This document shows positions 8,955 through 17,224 of a DNA stretch of 64,000 bases, one piece after another (within the stretch, counting starts at the first letter, position 1; the number at the start of each line of letters is the position of its first letter). The notes below the pieces were generated by a model. The model saw nothing but the letters and a program-made list of their open reading frames with translations. It did not search any database and was not told the origin of the DNA. The DNA is taken from positions 1,121-65,120 of the forward strand of contig RZYC01000002.1 of NCBI GenBank assembly GCA_009930475.1, written 5' to 3'. The stretch is from Spartobacteria bacterium (GTDB lineage Bacteria; Verrucomicrobiota; Kiritimatiellia; RZYC01). The position numbers were made by a program, and so were the translations under genes.

Positions 8955-11057
8955 TTAGGATGGCATAATAATAAACGGCTTCGGCTGATCACCGGTAATC
9001 AAATAGTAAATCGCACTGATGATCATGGGCAGAACCCCGCCCAGCATCTCGCCTGCAATCAACCCGAACATCAAAGGCTTCAATTTCTGATAGAATCCGG
9101 CTCCGCCATACTTGGTCACCGCCATTTTAATCAGCCATCCAATCAGGAAGGACTGGGCAAAACACTTACCGGAATAGGTCGACCACACTAGGAACATAAC
9201 CGGATGGAAAGGCCACTTGGTAAAACGCAGACGCAGTGCAGAGAAGAGCAGCACACAGCCCGCAGCCACGCCAAAAACAATCATACCCTGTTTGTGGGGC
9301 TGAGCACCGGTATAACGAGCCAGCCCCGTTGCCGTTCCGGCGTCCTGCAGCTGGCCCTGTGCTTCGAGGCGCTGCATGTTGGCAATGGTTTCATTGAAAG
9401 GATTCTGCGACTGCTGATTCTGCCATGCCGACAAGTCAATGCCGCGATTATACTGGAAATAAAGCGTCACCGGAATCCCCACACCCAGTCCGACCACCAG
9501 TGCCAAAACAATCATGGCGGCGGAACGGCCGACTTTCACCTTGGTATCGTCAGCCAGTTTCAGGGCATTAACCACAAAAGGCATCAGGGCTTCGCGCGGG
9601 TCGTAAAACAATATGAGACAGAACATGAACATGGTCAGAATGGCCGCCGGCCCCAGTGCTTTCGGCCCCAGCACCGCCAGAATAATCGTTGCCGGCGTGC
9701 CGGCGGTCACAATAAAGAAGACGCCGGTTTCCGCGATCATTCGGCCCATTACCAGATACACCGCCATGGTACACAGACCGAACAGCACCGCAATAGACCA
9801 GGGAAGCCCCGCATAATAGGTGCTGTAAAAGGTAAACAGAATCAGGGAAAGGACAAACAGCCGGGCACCCCAGATCGAGGTCGGCGCAATCTTTTCTTTT
9901 CCGCCCATGCCAAAGGATTTGCGGAAGACCGCCAGATAGTAATAGCGACCGGTATACAACAGCACCAGCAACATGGCGAAATACGCGCCCATATTGAACA
10001 TGTTTTCACGATTGATGCCGAAGGGCCACTGTCCCTGCCACCCGGAATTGGCCACCCCGTACATGGACAGCATACCCGTCAAAGTAATCCATATAAAGGG
10101 TCCGATACCCATGGAAAACGATACGTCCGTGGGCAGGAAAAAGGCGATGGCGATCACTGTGAAGAAAATCGAATAGTACCCGGAAAGGAAGCCGACGCCC
10201 CCGCCCTGTTTAAAGGCTGGAAACAATTCACCCAGCGAACTGAAGTCCACGCCGCTGGGAATCGCCCCCATCAGATAGGATGGGAACCAGACATTGAGGT
10301 AGTTGTAGACATAAATACCGAAGACAATAAACATCGCGACCCAGAAAGAACGATCTTTGAAAACCGGGCTCTCACTGCCGTCCTCATTAGGCAGCAGCGA
10401 CTTGGTAAAAGTCACCAGCGGATAGGGTAAATGCTCGTGATCCACCCATTGCTTGTGCACCACCAGCGATAGACCGAGCAGGCCGAGCCATAGCGATAAA
10501 ATAATCGGCAGCCAGAATTTCATACTGGGCAGCCATGCCTTCCAGGGGATTTCCGAGAAGGCCACACTCTTGTTACCCTCGCCCAGTCCGCGAATAAATC
10601 CGTTCAGCACCGTATCTTCATTCTGCGGGGTCACCTCAGCCAGCATCCCGTCGGGGACCATCTCCATGACGTTCTGCTTTTCCCAGCCCGGTTCGGTTTT
10701 TTCAAAACGATGCGGCATAATCAGCGACGGCGTAAACAGTCGCAGCAGATTGGCTCCGGGAATGGCACAGGCAGGTAGCATGATCACCAGAATCGTCGCA
10801 ATTTCCGCGCGGGTCAGACAGAATCTTCTCCCGAATTTACGTAGCAGCGGATACAGCAGAATCATAAATAAAACCAGCGCCCCATAAATGGATATCGGCA
10901 TATTATTACCGATAAACATCGTCTGGCGCATGATACTATCATTAAAGTAGGTATAACTGGTGACAAATGCCACGCCAAGCAACCCAATCAACACAGCCCT
11001 GATTGACACGAATACAACCTCACTCACATACGATTTATCACCACTCTGCAAACACAC
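8955..11057 (-). CDS. Polytopic integral membrane protein (700 aa), family unknown
   Basis: Hydrophobic helices throughout; no recognisable catalytic motif. It lies 11 nt downstream of the PqqD-like gene and 12 nt upstream of the FtsX gene. The antisense ORF 9204-10430 is rejected. Confidence 0.55.
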   Translation of the reverse strand: MCLQSGDKSYVSEVVFVSIRAVLIGLLGVAFVTSYTYFNDSIMRQTMFIGNNMPISIYGALVLFMILLYPLLRKFGRRFCLTRAEIATILVIMLPACAIPGANLLRLFTPSLIMPHRFEKTEPGWEKQNVMEMVPDGMLAEVTPQNEDTVLNGFIRGLGEGNKSVAFSEIPWKAWLPSMKFWLPIILSLWLGLLGLSLVVHKQWVDHEHLPYPLVTFTKSLLPNEDGSESPVFKDRSFWVAMFIVFGIYVYNYLNVWFPSYLMGAIPSGVDFSSLGELFPAFKQGGGVGFLSGYYSIFFTVIAIAFFLPTDVSFSMGIGPFIWITLTGMLSMYGVANSGWQGQWPFGINRENMFNMGAYFAMLLVLLYTGRYYYLAVFRKSFGMGGKEKIAPTSIWGARLFVLSLILFTFYSTYYAGLPWSIAVLFGLCTMAVYLVMGRMIAETGVFFIVTAGTPATIILAVLGPKALGPAAILTMFMFCLILFYDPREALMPFVVNALKLADDTKVKVGRSAAMIVLALVVGLGVGIPVTLYFQYNRGIDLSAWQNQQSQNPFNETIANMQRLEAQGQLQDAGTATGLARYTGAQPHKQGMIVFGVAAGCVLLFSALRLRFTKWPFHPVMFLVWSTYSGKCFAQSFLIGWLIKMAVTKYGGAGFYQKLKPLMFGLIAGEMLGGVLPMIISAIYYLITGDQPKPFIIMPS

Positions 11058-11068
11058 ACCGACCCGTC

Positions 11069-11464
11069 TTAAATGATCTGAACGGCCAGTGCACCTTTTT
11101 TTACTAAAACGCTAATATAGTTTATAACGGAGATGCGTGCCTCATGGAAAGTAATAAAATACTTTTTCGAAAAAGCCTCCACAACCTCTTCTACCATAGG
11201 ACTTTCTGAACACATATCTAAAACCTCCGCGCCCAGTTTATCGATCTCCAGCACCTTTTCATCCGGTAAACGCATAATCCAGCTGATGGGCGGTATACAC
11301 CATTTCGGTTTACGGTTTTTTACCGCAATGTACAACATACCCTCCTCGTCGGGCCCTTCGACCTTGACCGCCACATTACGTATGACACGCGAACGCAGCA
11401 TGGATTCCCAGGAACTGTCCCCGACACGAAAACAGGCATCCGGCTTTTTTTTCTGTTTAGACAT
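11069..11464 (-). CDS. PqqD-like protein (RiPP recognition element fold), stand-alone
   Basis: C-terminal three-helix segment KVLEIDKLGAEVLDMCSESPMVEEVVEAFSKKYFITFHEARISVINYISVLVKKGAL is typical of PqqD/RRE, preceded by beta-strand-like VKVEGPDEEGMLYIAV. Its start codon overlaps the upstream stop (TAATG). Confidence 0.55.
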   Translation of the reverse strand: MSKQKKKPDACFRVGDSSWESMLRSRVIRNVAVKVEGPDEEGMLYIAVKNRKPKWCIPPISWIMRLPDEKVLEIDKLGAEVLDMCSESPMVEEVVEAFSKKYFITFHEARISVINYISVLVKKGALAVQII

Positions 11465-12327
11465 TATTTGATGCCTCCGAAAGGCTGACAGCAGCTCACA
11501 TAATCAAAAGGCGCTTTTTCACACGCCGGCTTTCCCGTCGGGCGCACCACTAAAAAGCGATATATCCGCTGATCCACCGGACAGCGCCAGCACATAGACT
11601 GATAGGTTCCATTAGGATGCGCCAGCCCCTTGCGCACAAAATCCCCCGACATATCCCAGATTTTATGTCCGCCCGCCGTTCGCGTGCTTAATTCGCCGTG
11701 CACACATTGTTTATCCAGCCGGTTTACCGCCCAGTCCTCCAGCGGCACCGTCAACCAGGTGTCCACCATACCCAGGCGTTCGATCTGCCAGAAATTGTTT
11801 TTCTTTCCATAGGTATATCGCGCCAGCGCCGGCTGAATCAGGCATTCGGTCATAGGAAAACGACGGGGAACCCGCACATTTAATCCCCAGGCCCGGCGTG
11901 TAATCATCCCCTGCCCGTCTGCCGCATTGAACTGCACACTGAATAAAATGGTATTTTCCAAACGTACATCACGCTGATCCGGCCACAGAAAAACCAGTTC
12001 CACCAAAATCCCGGGCTGCTCCAGATAGATCCCGAACCGGCTGACCATGATGCCGTTCTGCATTCCGCACAGCCCGTGAAATCCAGCCCCGCCTTTCACA
12101 TTGACCGCATCCTTTAATCCGCCCCTATCTGTCAGACGATGCTGATAGTCCGACATCATGCGATCGAAGTCCGGTTCTCCCCCCACTTCTTTCCAGTCGA
12201 CTTCTAAACGAAATCGATAGCGATCCGCAAAGGCACAGCGCCCCGACACATCACTGCGTGAAAATTGCAACATCTCCCATTCATCCGGGATATCCAGCGA
12301 AATCTGATTCCAACACACGTTTTGCAT
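11464..12327 (-). CDS. Hypothetical Cys-rich cytoplasmic protein (287 aa), no recognisable family
   Basis: No TM segments. C-terminal CWRC ... CEKAPFDYVSCC resembles a zinc ribbon. Translationally coupled to the PqqD-like gene. Confidence 0.5.
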   Translation of the reverse strand: MQNVCWNQISLDIPDEWEMLQFSRSDVSGRCAFADRYRFRLEVDWKEVGGEPDFDRMMSDYQHRLTDRGGLKDAVNVKGGAGFHGLCGMQNGIMVSRFGIYLEQPGILVELVFLWPDQRDVRLENTILFSVQFNAADGQGMITRRAWGLNVRVPRRFPMTECLIQPALARYTYGKKNNFWQIERLGMVDTWLTVPLEDWAVNRLDKQCVHGELSTRTAGGHKIWDMSGDFVRKGLAHPNGTYQSMCWRCPVDQRIYRFLVVRPTGKPACEKAPFDYVSCCQPFGGIK

Positions 12328-12385
12328 AGCAGATATGCATAGTTAAACGCGCAAATCATTGCAATAAAGATATAACGAATACGAA

Positions 12386-12895
12386 TTATCGCTCAAGAAA
12401 ACGACGGAGCGTGTCGTTTACCGCGCGATGAATGGCGGTACAGGTACGGGTTGCGCCGCTCACCGCATCCACCGCGAGCGGCTGGCCGGATGCGATGTCT
12501 TTTCCCGCAAACCGGTCAAGAAAACCTTCTGATATCACCATGTCAACATAGGGCGGCGTATCACCGCTTTCTACTAAAATAACGCGCACCAGTTTCGTTC
12601 CGGACGGATCGATGTGAAGCATCAGCGATGTGGGACCGCGATAACCGACGGGCGCGGAAACATCTCCGGTTAGAACAACCCATCCGACATGAGGCGCATA
12701 GCCCCAACGGAATGGGTCGGAATGCAGCTCGAGCTCTGTCACTCCCAGCTTTGACGCAGCGATGTCACGCCATTGCGCATCAGAGACGGGGGTCAAGTCA
12801 TCATGACGGCCTTTGGCATAGCCCATCGAACCGGCCAGGCCGGTTACGATGAGAATAATACATATGTACCAACTGTTTTTCATTAGAACGTCCAC
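12386..12895 (-). CDS. Secreted FMN-binding domain protein (FMN_bind; candidate flavinylated extracytoplasmic redox protein)
   Basis: Signal peptide or N-terminal anchor WYICIILIVTGLAG. Hallmark VDAVSGATRTCTAIHRAVNDTL: in FMN_bind proteins the Thr in SGAT is the flavinylation site. Confidence 0.7.
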   Translation of the reverse strand: MDVLMKNSWYICIILIVTGLAGSMGYAKGRHDDLTPVSDAQWRDIAASKLGVTELELHSDPFRWGYAPHVGWVVLTGDVSAPVGYRGPTSLMLHIDPSGTKLVRVILVESGDTPPYVDMVISEGFLDRFAGKDIASGQPLAVDAVSGATRTCTAIHRAVNDTLRRFLER

Positions 12896-13839
12896 ATGGC
12901 AATGCAGTTGACCGTATAATCCGGTGATGCACCCGTGCGCGAAGCATAGGGAACCGTTCCCTGAAGCACGATTTTTCTTTTACTGTAATCGGTGGTCATT
13001 GGGTAGAACTGTATTCCCGCCAATACATTGTGACTGTATGTATACTGCTCCTCCGTCCCGTCCAAAATGGTGTCATCTTTCTGTGTGGACATCCATCCGC
13101 CGGCACCCAGTTTCATTTCAAACCAGCGGCCCAGCGTTTTTTCCACCACCATCTGATAGTTCACCACATCGGGTACGTCCTGACCGGAACGTTTGAACGG
13201 AAATCCCGTGACGCCATCGCTTTCAGCGGCATCGCCCCGCCATTCGTAAATAACGTGAGCGGCATATTCGACAAAATCGTCATGGATTCCACCGTGCAGC
13301 AACGCGCCCAGCTGCGCTTTATTGCATCCGGCAGAAAGTCCGGCGACCAATGCTTCATCATCGTCTACAACCCCATAACCAAAAGCCGCACCCAGGCTGA
13401 CTTTGGTATAATTGAATTCCGATTCCGGATTATGCGAGTCGATGATAAAGTATTTACCCGCCAGCCAAATTTCGGTCAGACCCGATTCGCTGAACGAGGC
13501 CGTTTTACCTGCCAAATTCTTTTTCTCGGTATCCACTGATGCATATTTCAATTCCACACCGATATCGCAGCGCGATGAAAGTCCGTACCCCAGACGCACA
13601 TTACTGCTAATCAATTCTTTTTTGGTCAAACCGGCCCCGTCGTCGATATCAACCATTTCGCCTTTCTGGGCATTCCATTTTTCGGTCATATCCGCATATG
13701 TCACACTCAATCGCGGCCAGATCGTTCCTTTCATAATCCCATTGGGACATCCCAGAATATCTGCCGCCATGGTTGGCACACTCAACGTGGTTACCCCGAT
13801 CGCAGCCACCACGGCCATCATCGTTTTCCTGTTTTTCAT
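12883..13839 (-). CDS. Outer-membrane beta-barrel protein (porin-like), with signal peptide
   Basis: MKNRKTMMAVVAAIGVTTLSVPTMAAD signal. Alternating amphipathic strands. C-terminal aromatic residue ...AMWTF, typical of BAM substrates. Confidence 0.55.
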   Translation of the reverse strand: MKNRKTMMAVVAAIGVTTLSVPTMAADILGCPNGIMKGTIWPRLSVTYADMTEKWNAQKGEMVDIDDGAGLTKKELISSNVRLGYGLSSRCDIGVELKYASVDTEKKNLAGKTASFSESGLTEIWLAGKYFIIDSHNPESEFNYTKVSLGAAFGYGVVDDDEALVAGLSAGCNKAQLGALLHGGIHDDFVEYAAHVIYEWRGDAAESDGVTGFPFKRSGQDVPDVVNYQMVVEKTLGRWFEMKLGAGGWMSTQKDDTILDGTEEQYTYSHNVLAGIQFYPMTTDYSKRKIVLQGTVPYASRTGASPDYTVNCIAMWTF

Positions 13840-13917
13840 TTGTATCCTTTTCTGTTTTTTATTGGTTACTGTTTCAAATATCAGAACGATCTGATATTTG
13901 TGATAAATACCTGCATT

Positions 13918-14082
13918 TTATAAACTTCCAATCATTGGAACTTTTTTTTGGGCGGCATTTTGCATGGGGCAGTGACGACAATGTCCTGTGCAGCCGCTGC
14001 CCCCCTTCGTTTCTTTGTGAAGGAAACGGAAAACGCTCCATCCAGCAACTGCAACGAGTGCGATAATGATCATCATTTCCAT
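13918..14082 (-). CDS. FeoB-associated Cys-rich membrane mini-protein (about 54 aa)
   Basis: MEMMIIIALVAVAGWSVFRFLHKETKGGSGCTGHCRHCP: one TM helix plus a Gly/Cys cluster, as in FeoB-associated Cys-rich proteins. Its start is 3 nt from the feoB stop. The last 9 codons (KKVPMIGSL) are contributed by a REP palindrome. The longer 114-aa ORF-track version is rejected because it overlaps feoB. Confidence 0.55.
   Translation of the reverse strand: MEMMIIIALVAVAGWSVFRFLHKETKGGSGCTGHCRHCPMQNAAQKKVPMIGSL
13921..13948. repeat. REP-like palindrome (cttccaatcattggaac plus T-run)
   Basis: Member of the dispersed GTTCCAATCATTGGAAC hairpin family. Overlaps the 3' end of the FeoC-like mini-gene. Confidence 0.7.
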
Positions 14083-14084
14083 TG

Positions 14085-16163
14085 TCAGACCCCTATTCCG
14101 GCGAGTGAACCGATTTGATAGACAGCGGTCGTGAGAACCCAGGCAAGCAGCGTCAGACCACCCAGCTGGAATAAGGCCCAGCGCCATGAATTGGACTCGC
14201 GTTTCGTTACGGCGATCGTCGCCATGCAGGGCGCACTGATGAGACAAAAGAGCATGATGCAAAATCCGGTCAGCGGATTGTAATGCTTCTGTAGCTGTTC
14301 ACGCAGCGGCTGCGAGGTCTCGTCGCTTTCCCCCACCGAATAGACAATGCCAAGCTGAGCGACAAACACTTCTTTGGCGGCAAACGCTCCGATTAATGCC
14401 GTCCCAATGCGCCAGTCAAATCCCATAGGTTTGATCACCGGCTCCATCACATGCCCGATTCTCCCGGCAAAGGTATGAGCAAGCTGTTGAGATTGTTGCA
14501 ATTCCTCGGACAGTGATGGATCCGGCGTAGATTGTGGAAAAGTCGTCAGTGCCCACAAAAGAATAGAGATTCCCAAAATCAGGGTTCCCGCTTTTTTAAG
14601 GTACAGTTTACTGCGTTCCCACACGTGAATCATGATTCCGCTGAACGTAGGCACACGATAGGGCGGCAGTTCCATCACAAAAGGTTCTGTGGGACCTTGT
14701 AAAACACTGATGCGTAAAATCTTTGCAACCACAACGGCCAGAACGAGTCCGATGATATAAATCAGCCACAGCAGCGGGGCCTGCCATGGTTTGGCAAAGA
14801 AAGCCGGAATAATCAGTGCATAAATGGGCAGACGAGCCCCGCAACTGGACAGGGGAACAACAAACATTGTGGTAAGCCGATCGCGCCGGTTATCCAGCGT
14901 ACGTGTGGCCATAATCGCCGGAACCGAACAACCGAATCCTATGAGCATCGGAATAAAACTTTTGCCATGCAGCCCGATTTTATTCATCAGGCGATCCATA
15001 AGAAAGGCGGCGCGCGCCATATAACCGGTGTCTTCGAGTACGGCAATGGCCAAAAACAACAGCAATATATTGGGAAGGAAAATGAGCACGCCGCCCACGC
15101 CGGCAATAATCCCGTCTGTCACCAGGGAATGAATCAGTTCCATTTGATCCGCCGGCCAGATGCTGTCGACCCATCCCGTCAACGCACCAAATCCCGCATC
15201 AATCCAGTCCATAGGCAACGCACCAAAAGTAAACGTCATATAAAAAACGCAATACATAAGCACGGCGAAAATAGGCAGGCCCAGCACGCGATGTGTGACA
15301 ATATGATCCACGCGATCGGACATGGAAACACGCTGTTCGACGGATGATCGTATGGATTGCTGAATGACCCCGGATATAACCCCGTAGCGCTGCTCTGCAA
15401 TAAGAATATCCGGTTCATCTCCGGTGACATGTATCAGGCGCTCTACTTCCTTGTCCACCACGGCCAGCACAGCCGGAGTCGTCGCGTCCATCATCTCATC
15501 ATCACGTTCCAGCAGTTTCACCGCAGTCCAGCGTATCTGTTCCGGGTTTTTTGAGGAATCCTCCGAAAAGAGCTGCCAACCGATCAGATCCAGACTTTTC
15601 TCAACTTCCTTTCCGTACCGTACATCCAGCGGTGCAGGTCGCGATGATGCCGTCATGACGGCTTCGATCTCCGCAGTCACATCGTCCAGCCCCCGCCCCT
15701 TTGACGCAACCACTGGAATGACTGGAACCCCCAGCAAAACCGCCATTTTCTTCAAATCAATGGCCATTCCGCGCGACTGGGCCACATCCATCATGTTCAA
15801 CACCACAATCAGAGGAACCTTCATCTCCAATAATTGAAAAGTCAGATAAAGGTTGCGTTCAATATTTGATGCATCCACCACGTTGACCACGACGTCCGGC
15901 GTCTGATGCAGCAATTCCTGACGCGCCACCCGCTCTTCCACACTATGAGCCGCCAGACTATAGGTGCCGGGCAGATCGGTGATTTCCATGCGCCATTGAC
16001 CCGACTCACGAACCCCTTCCTTTTTTTCGACGGTAACACCCGGATAATTCCCCACGTGCTGCCGTGAACCGGTCAATCGATTAAATAATGTTGTCTTGCC
16101 GGAATTGGGATTCCCGGCCAATGCAATACGTATCGTCTGCATGTATATCTCACTCCTTGTCAT
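14085..16163 (-). CDS. feoB: Ferrous iron transporter FeoB
   Basis: N-terminal G-domain IALAGNPNSGKTTLFN..., DLPGTYSL, NMMD, then a large polytopic permease domain. The true start may be the internal M at complement 16142. Confidence 0.9.
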   Translation of the reverse strand: MTRSEIYMQTIRIALAGNPNSGKTTLFNRLTGSRQHVGNYPGVTVEKKEGVRESGQWRMEITDLPGTYSLAAHSVEERVARQELLHQTPDVVVNVVDASNIERNLYLTFQLLEMKVPLIVVLNMMDVAQSRGMAIDLKKMAVLLGVPVIPVVASKGRGLDDVTAEIEAVMTASSRPAPLDVRYGKEVEKSLDLIGWQLFSEDSSKNPEQIRWTAVKLLERDDEMMDATTPAVLAVVDKEVERLIHVTGDEPDILIAEQRYGVISGVIQQSIRSSVEQRVSMSDRVDHIVTHRVLGLPIFAVLMYCVFYMTFTFGALPMDWIDAGFGALTGWVDSIWPADQMELIHSLVTDGIIAGVGGVLIFLPNILLLFLAIAVLEDTGYMARAAFLMDRLMNKIGLHGKSFIPMLIGFGCSVPAIMATRTLDNRRDRLTTMFVVPLSSCGARLPIYALIIPAFFAKPWQAPLLWLIYIIGLVLAVVVAKILRISVLQGPTEPFVMELPPYRVPTFSGIMIHVWERSKLYLKKAGTLILGISILLWALTTFPQSTPDPSLSEELQQSQQLAHTFAGRIGHVMEPVIKPMGFDWRIGTALIGAFAAKEVFVAQLGIVYSVGESDETSQPLREQLQKHYNPLTGFCIMLFCLISAPCMATIAVTKRESNSWRWALFQLGGLTLLAWVLTTAVYQIGSLAGIGV

Positions 16164-16209
16164 TAGGACTTCCTAACTTTTGGTATAAAAAAAACACAAT
16201 GAAAAATCC

Positions 16210-16443
16210 CTACGACGGGGCCACCAGAATGCCGTGCGCCATACCGCGTCCAATCGCAAAACGACTTTCCTTCATTTTGATGAGCAGCGGCCCCGGCTGA
16301 CTGCTGATCACCTCCAGAGAACAACCGGGATAAATGCCCAGCGAAGCCAGCCTCGCACAGCGATGATGTCCCCCGTTCACACTGCAAACCGTAAGCGGTG
16401 TACCACTGGGAGCCATAGTCAACGACATGCCGGACTTAATCAT
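16210..16443 (-). CDS. feoA: FeoA
   Basis: 77 aa, SH3-like FeoA pattern ...RLASLGIYPGCSLEVISSQPGPLLIKMKESRFAIGRGMAHGILV. The ORF 16163-16387 in another frame is rejected. Confidence 0.75.
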   Translation of the reverse strand: MIKSGMSLTMAPSGTPLTVCSVNGGHHRCARLASLGIYPGCSLEVISSQPGPLLIKMKESRFAIGRGMAHGILVAPS

Positions 16444-17185
16444 GATGCACCTGCACTAAAATAGCAGCGGCTTCCGTTTTTCGCAGCGAAAGATGATAGC
16501 CCCGAATTTTGAAATCAATGGGATCACCCATGGGGGCTTTGCGTACAACCTCAATCGTCACGCCCCTGGAAACGCCCATTTCCGCCAATTTCAGGCGTAA
16601 CGCCCCCGTCGCCTCAATCTTTTCGACAACACCCCGATCCCCGGCATCCATCGCTTCGGCAAGGATCGAAGTACATGTTTGCTCTCTCATTTTTTCTGCC
16701 TCCTCCAGCTGCGTCAGACACGACTCTATACAGGGACGACACTGACTTTCCTTATTCATTTCACTACACTGATAACTCAGCCCGCGAATCCATTTCAATC
16801 CGGCACGCGGACACGTCTCGATAAATTCAGTAAACTGCACCAGCCGATCAATCACCTCGCGCGACGCCGCATGTTCCAGCAGACACGCCTGTTCATCCGC
16901 AACCGCAGGATCAATACACAAAACAGACGTCAAAAAAAGCCGCAATATCTCATGCTTACGCACGACCGCTTTGGCAAGTGCCTCCCCTTCATCAGTCAAT
17001 GTAACAGCGGCATATTTCTTATAATGCACCAGCTTCTTTTCTGCCAGCGTTTGAAGCATCTCCGTCACAGAAGGTTTTCGCACGGATAAGCGGTTGGCAA
17101 TATCGGTTGTCCGCGCACCGCCTCCTTCGCGTGATAACATCCAGATCGCTTCTAAATAATCTTCAAGTGCCGCACTGATCGCCAT
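16436..17185 (-). CDS. DtxR/IdeR-family metal-dependent transcriptional repressor with a C-terminal FeoA/SH3-like domain
   Basis: N-terminal HTH MAISAALEDYLEAIWMLSREGGGARTTDIANRLSVRKPSVTEMLQTL. The C-terminal FeoA-like segment GVTIEVVRKAPMGDPIDFKIRGYHLSLRKTEAAAILV. The gene overlaps feoA by 8 nt. Confidence 0.85.
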   Translation of the reverse strand: MAISAALEDYLEAIWMLSREGGGARTTDIANRLSVRKPSVTEMLQTLAEKKLVHYKKYAAVTLTDEGEALAKAVVRKHEILRLFLTSVLCIDPAVADEQACLLEHAASREVIDRLVQFTEFIETCPRAGLKWIRGLSYQCSEMNKESQCRPCIESCLTQLEEAEKMREQTCTSILAEAMDAGDRGVVEKIEATGALRLKLAEMGVSRGVTIEVVRKAPMGDPIDFKIRGYHLSLRKTEAAAILVQVHHD

Positions 17186-17210
17186 GACAATATCCTCTCT
17201 CGTTCAATAT

Positions 17211-17224
17211 TTAGGGCAACCTAA
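17211..17224. promoter_or_regulatory. Candidate DtxR/IdeR-type operator (TTAGG-GCAA-CCTAA inverted repeat) about 26 bp upstream of dtxR
   Basis: Perfect 5+5 inverted repeat with the TTAGG/CCTAA half-site of iron boxes, in the leader of the dtxR-feoAB array. Confidence 0.4.

Noticed and set aside
9204-10430. 408-aa plus-strand ORF
   Set aside because: Antisense to the 700-aa membrane protein. The translation is Arg/His/Gln-rich and low-complexity, typical of the reverse frame of a hydrophobic gene.
13918-14262. 114-aa version of the ORF after feoB
   Set aside because: Its first 60 codons overlap the feoB C-terminus in another frame. The internal start at 14082 gives the canonical roughly 54-aa FeoB-associated Cys-rich membrane peptide.
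16163-16387. 74-aa ORF between feoB and dtxR
   Set aside because: Different frame from, and overlapping, the 77-aa ORF 16210-16443 that has a clear FeoA/SH3 sequence pattern. Only one can be real, and FeoA fits.
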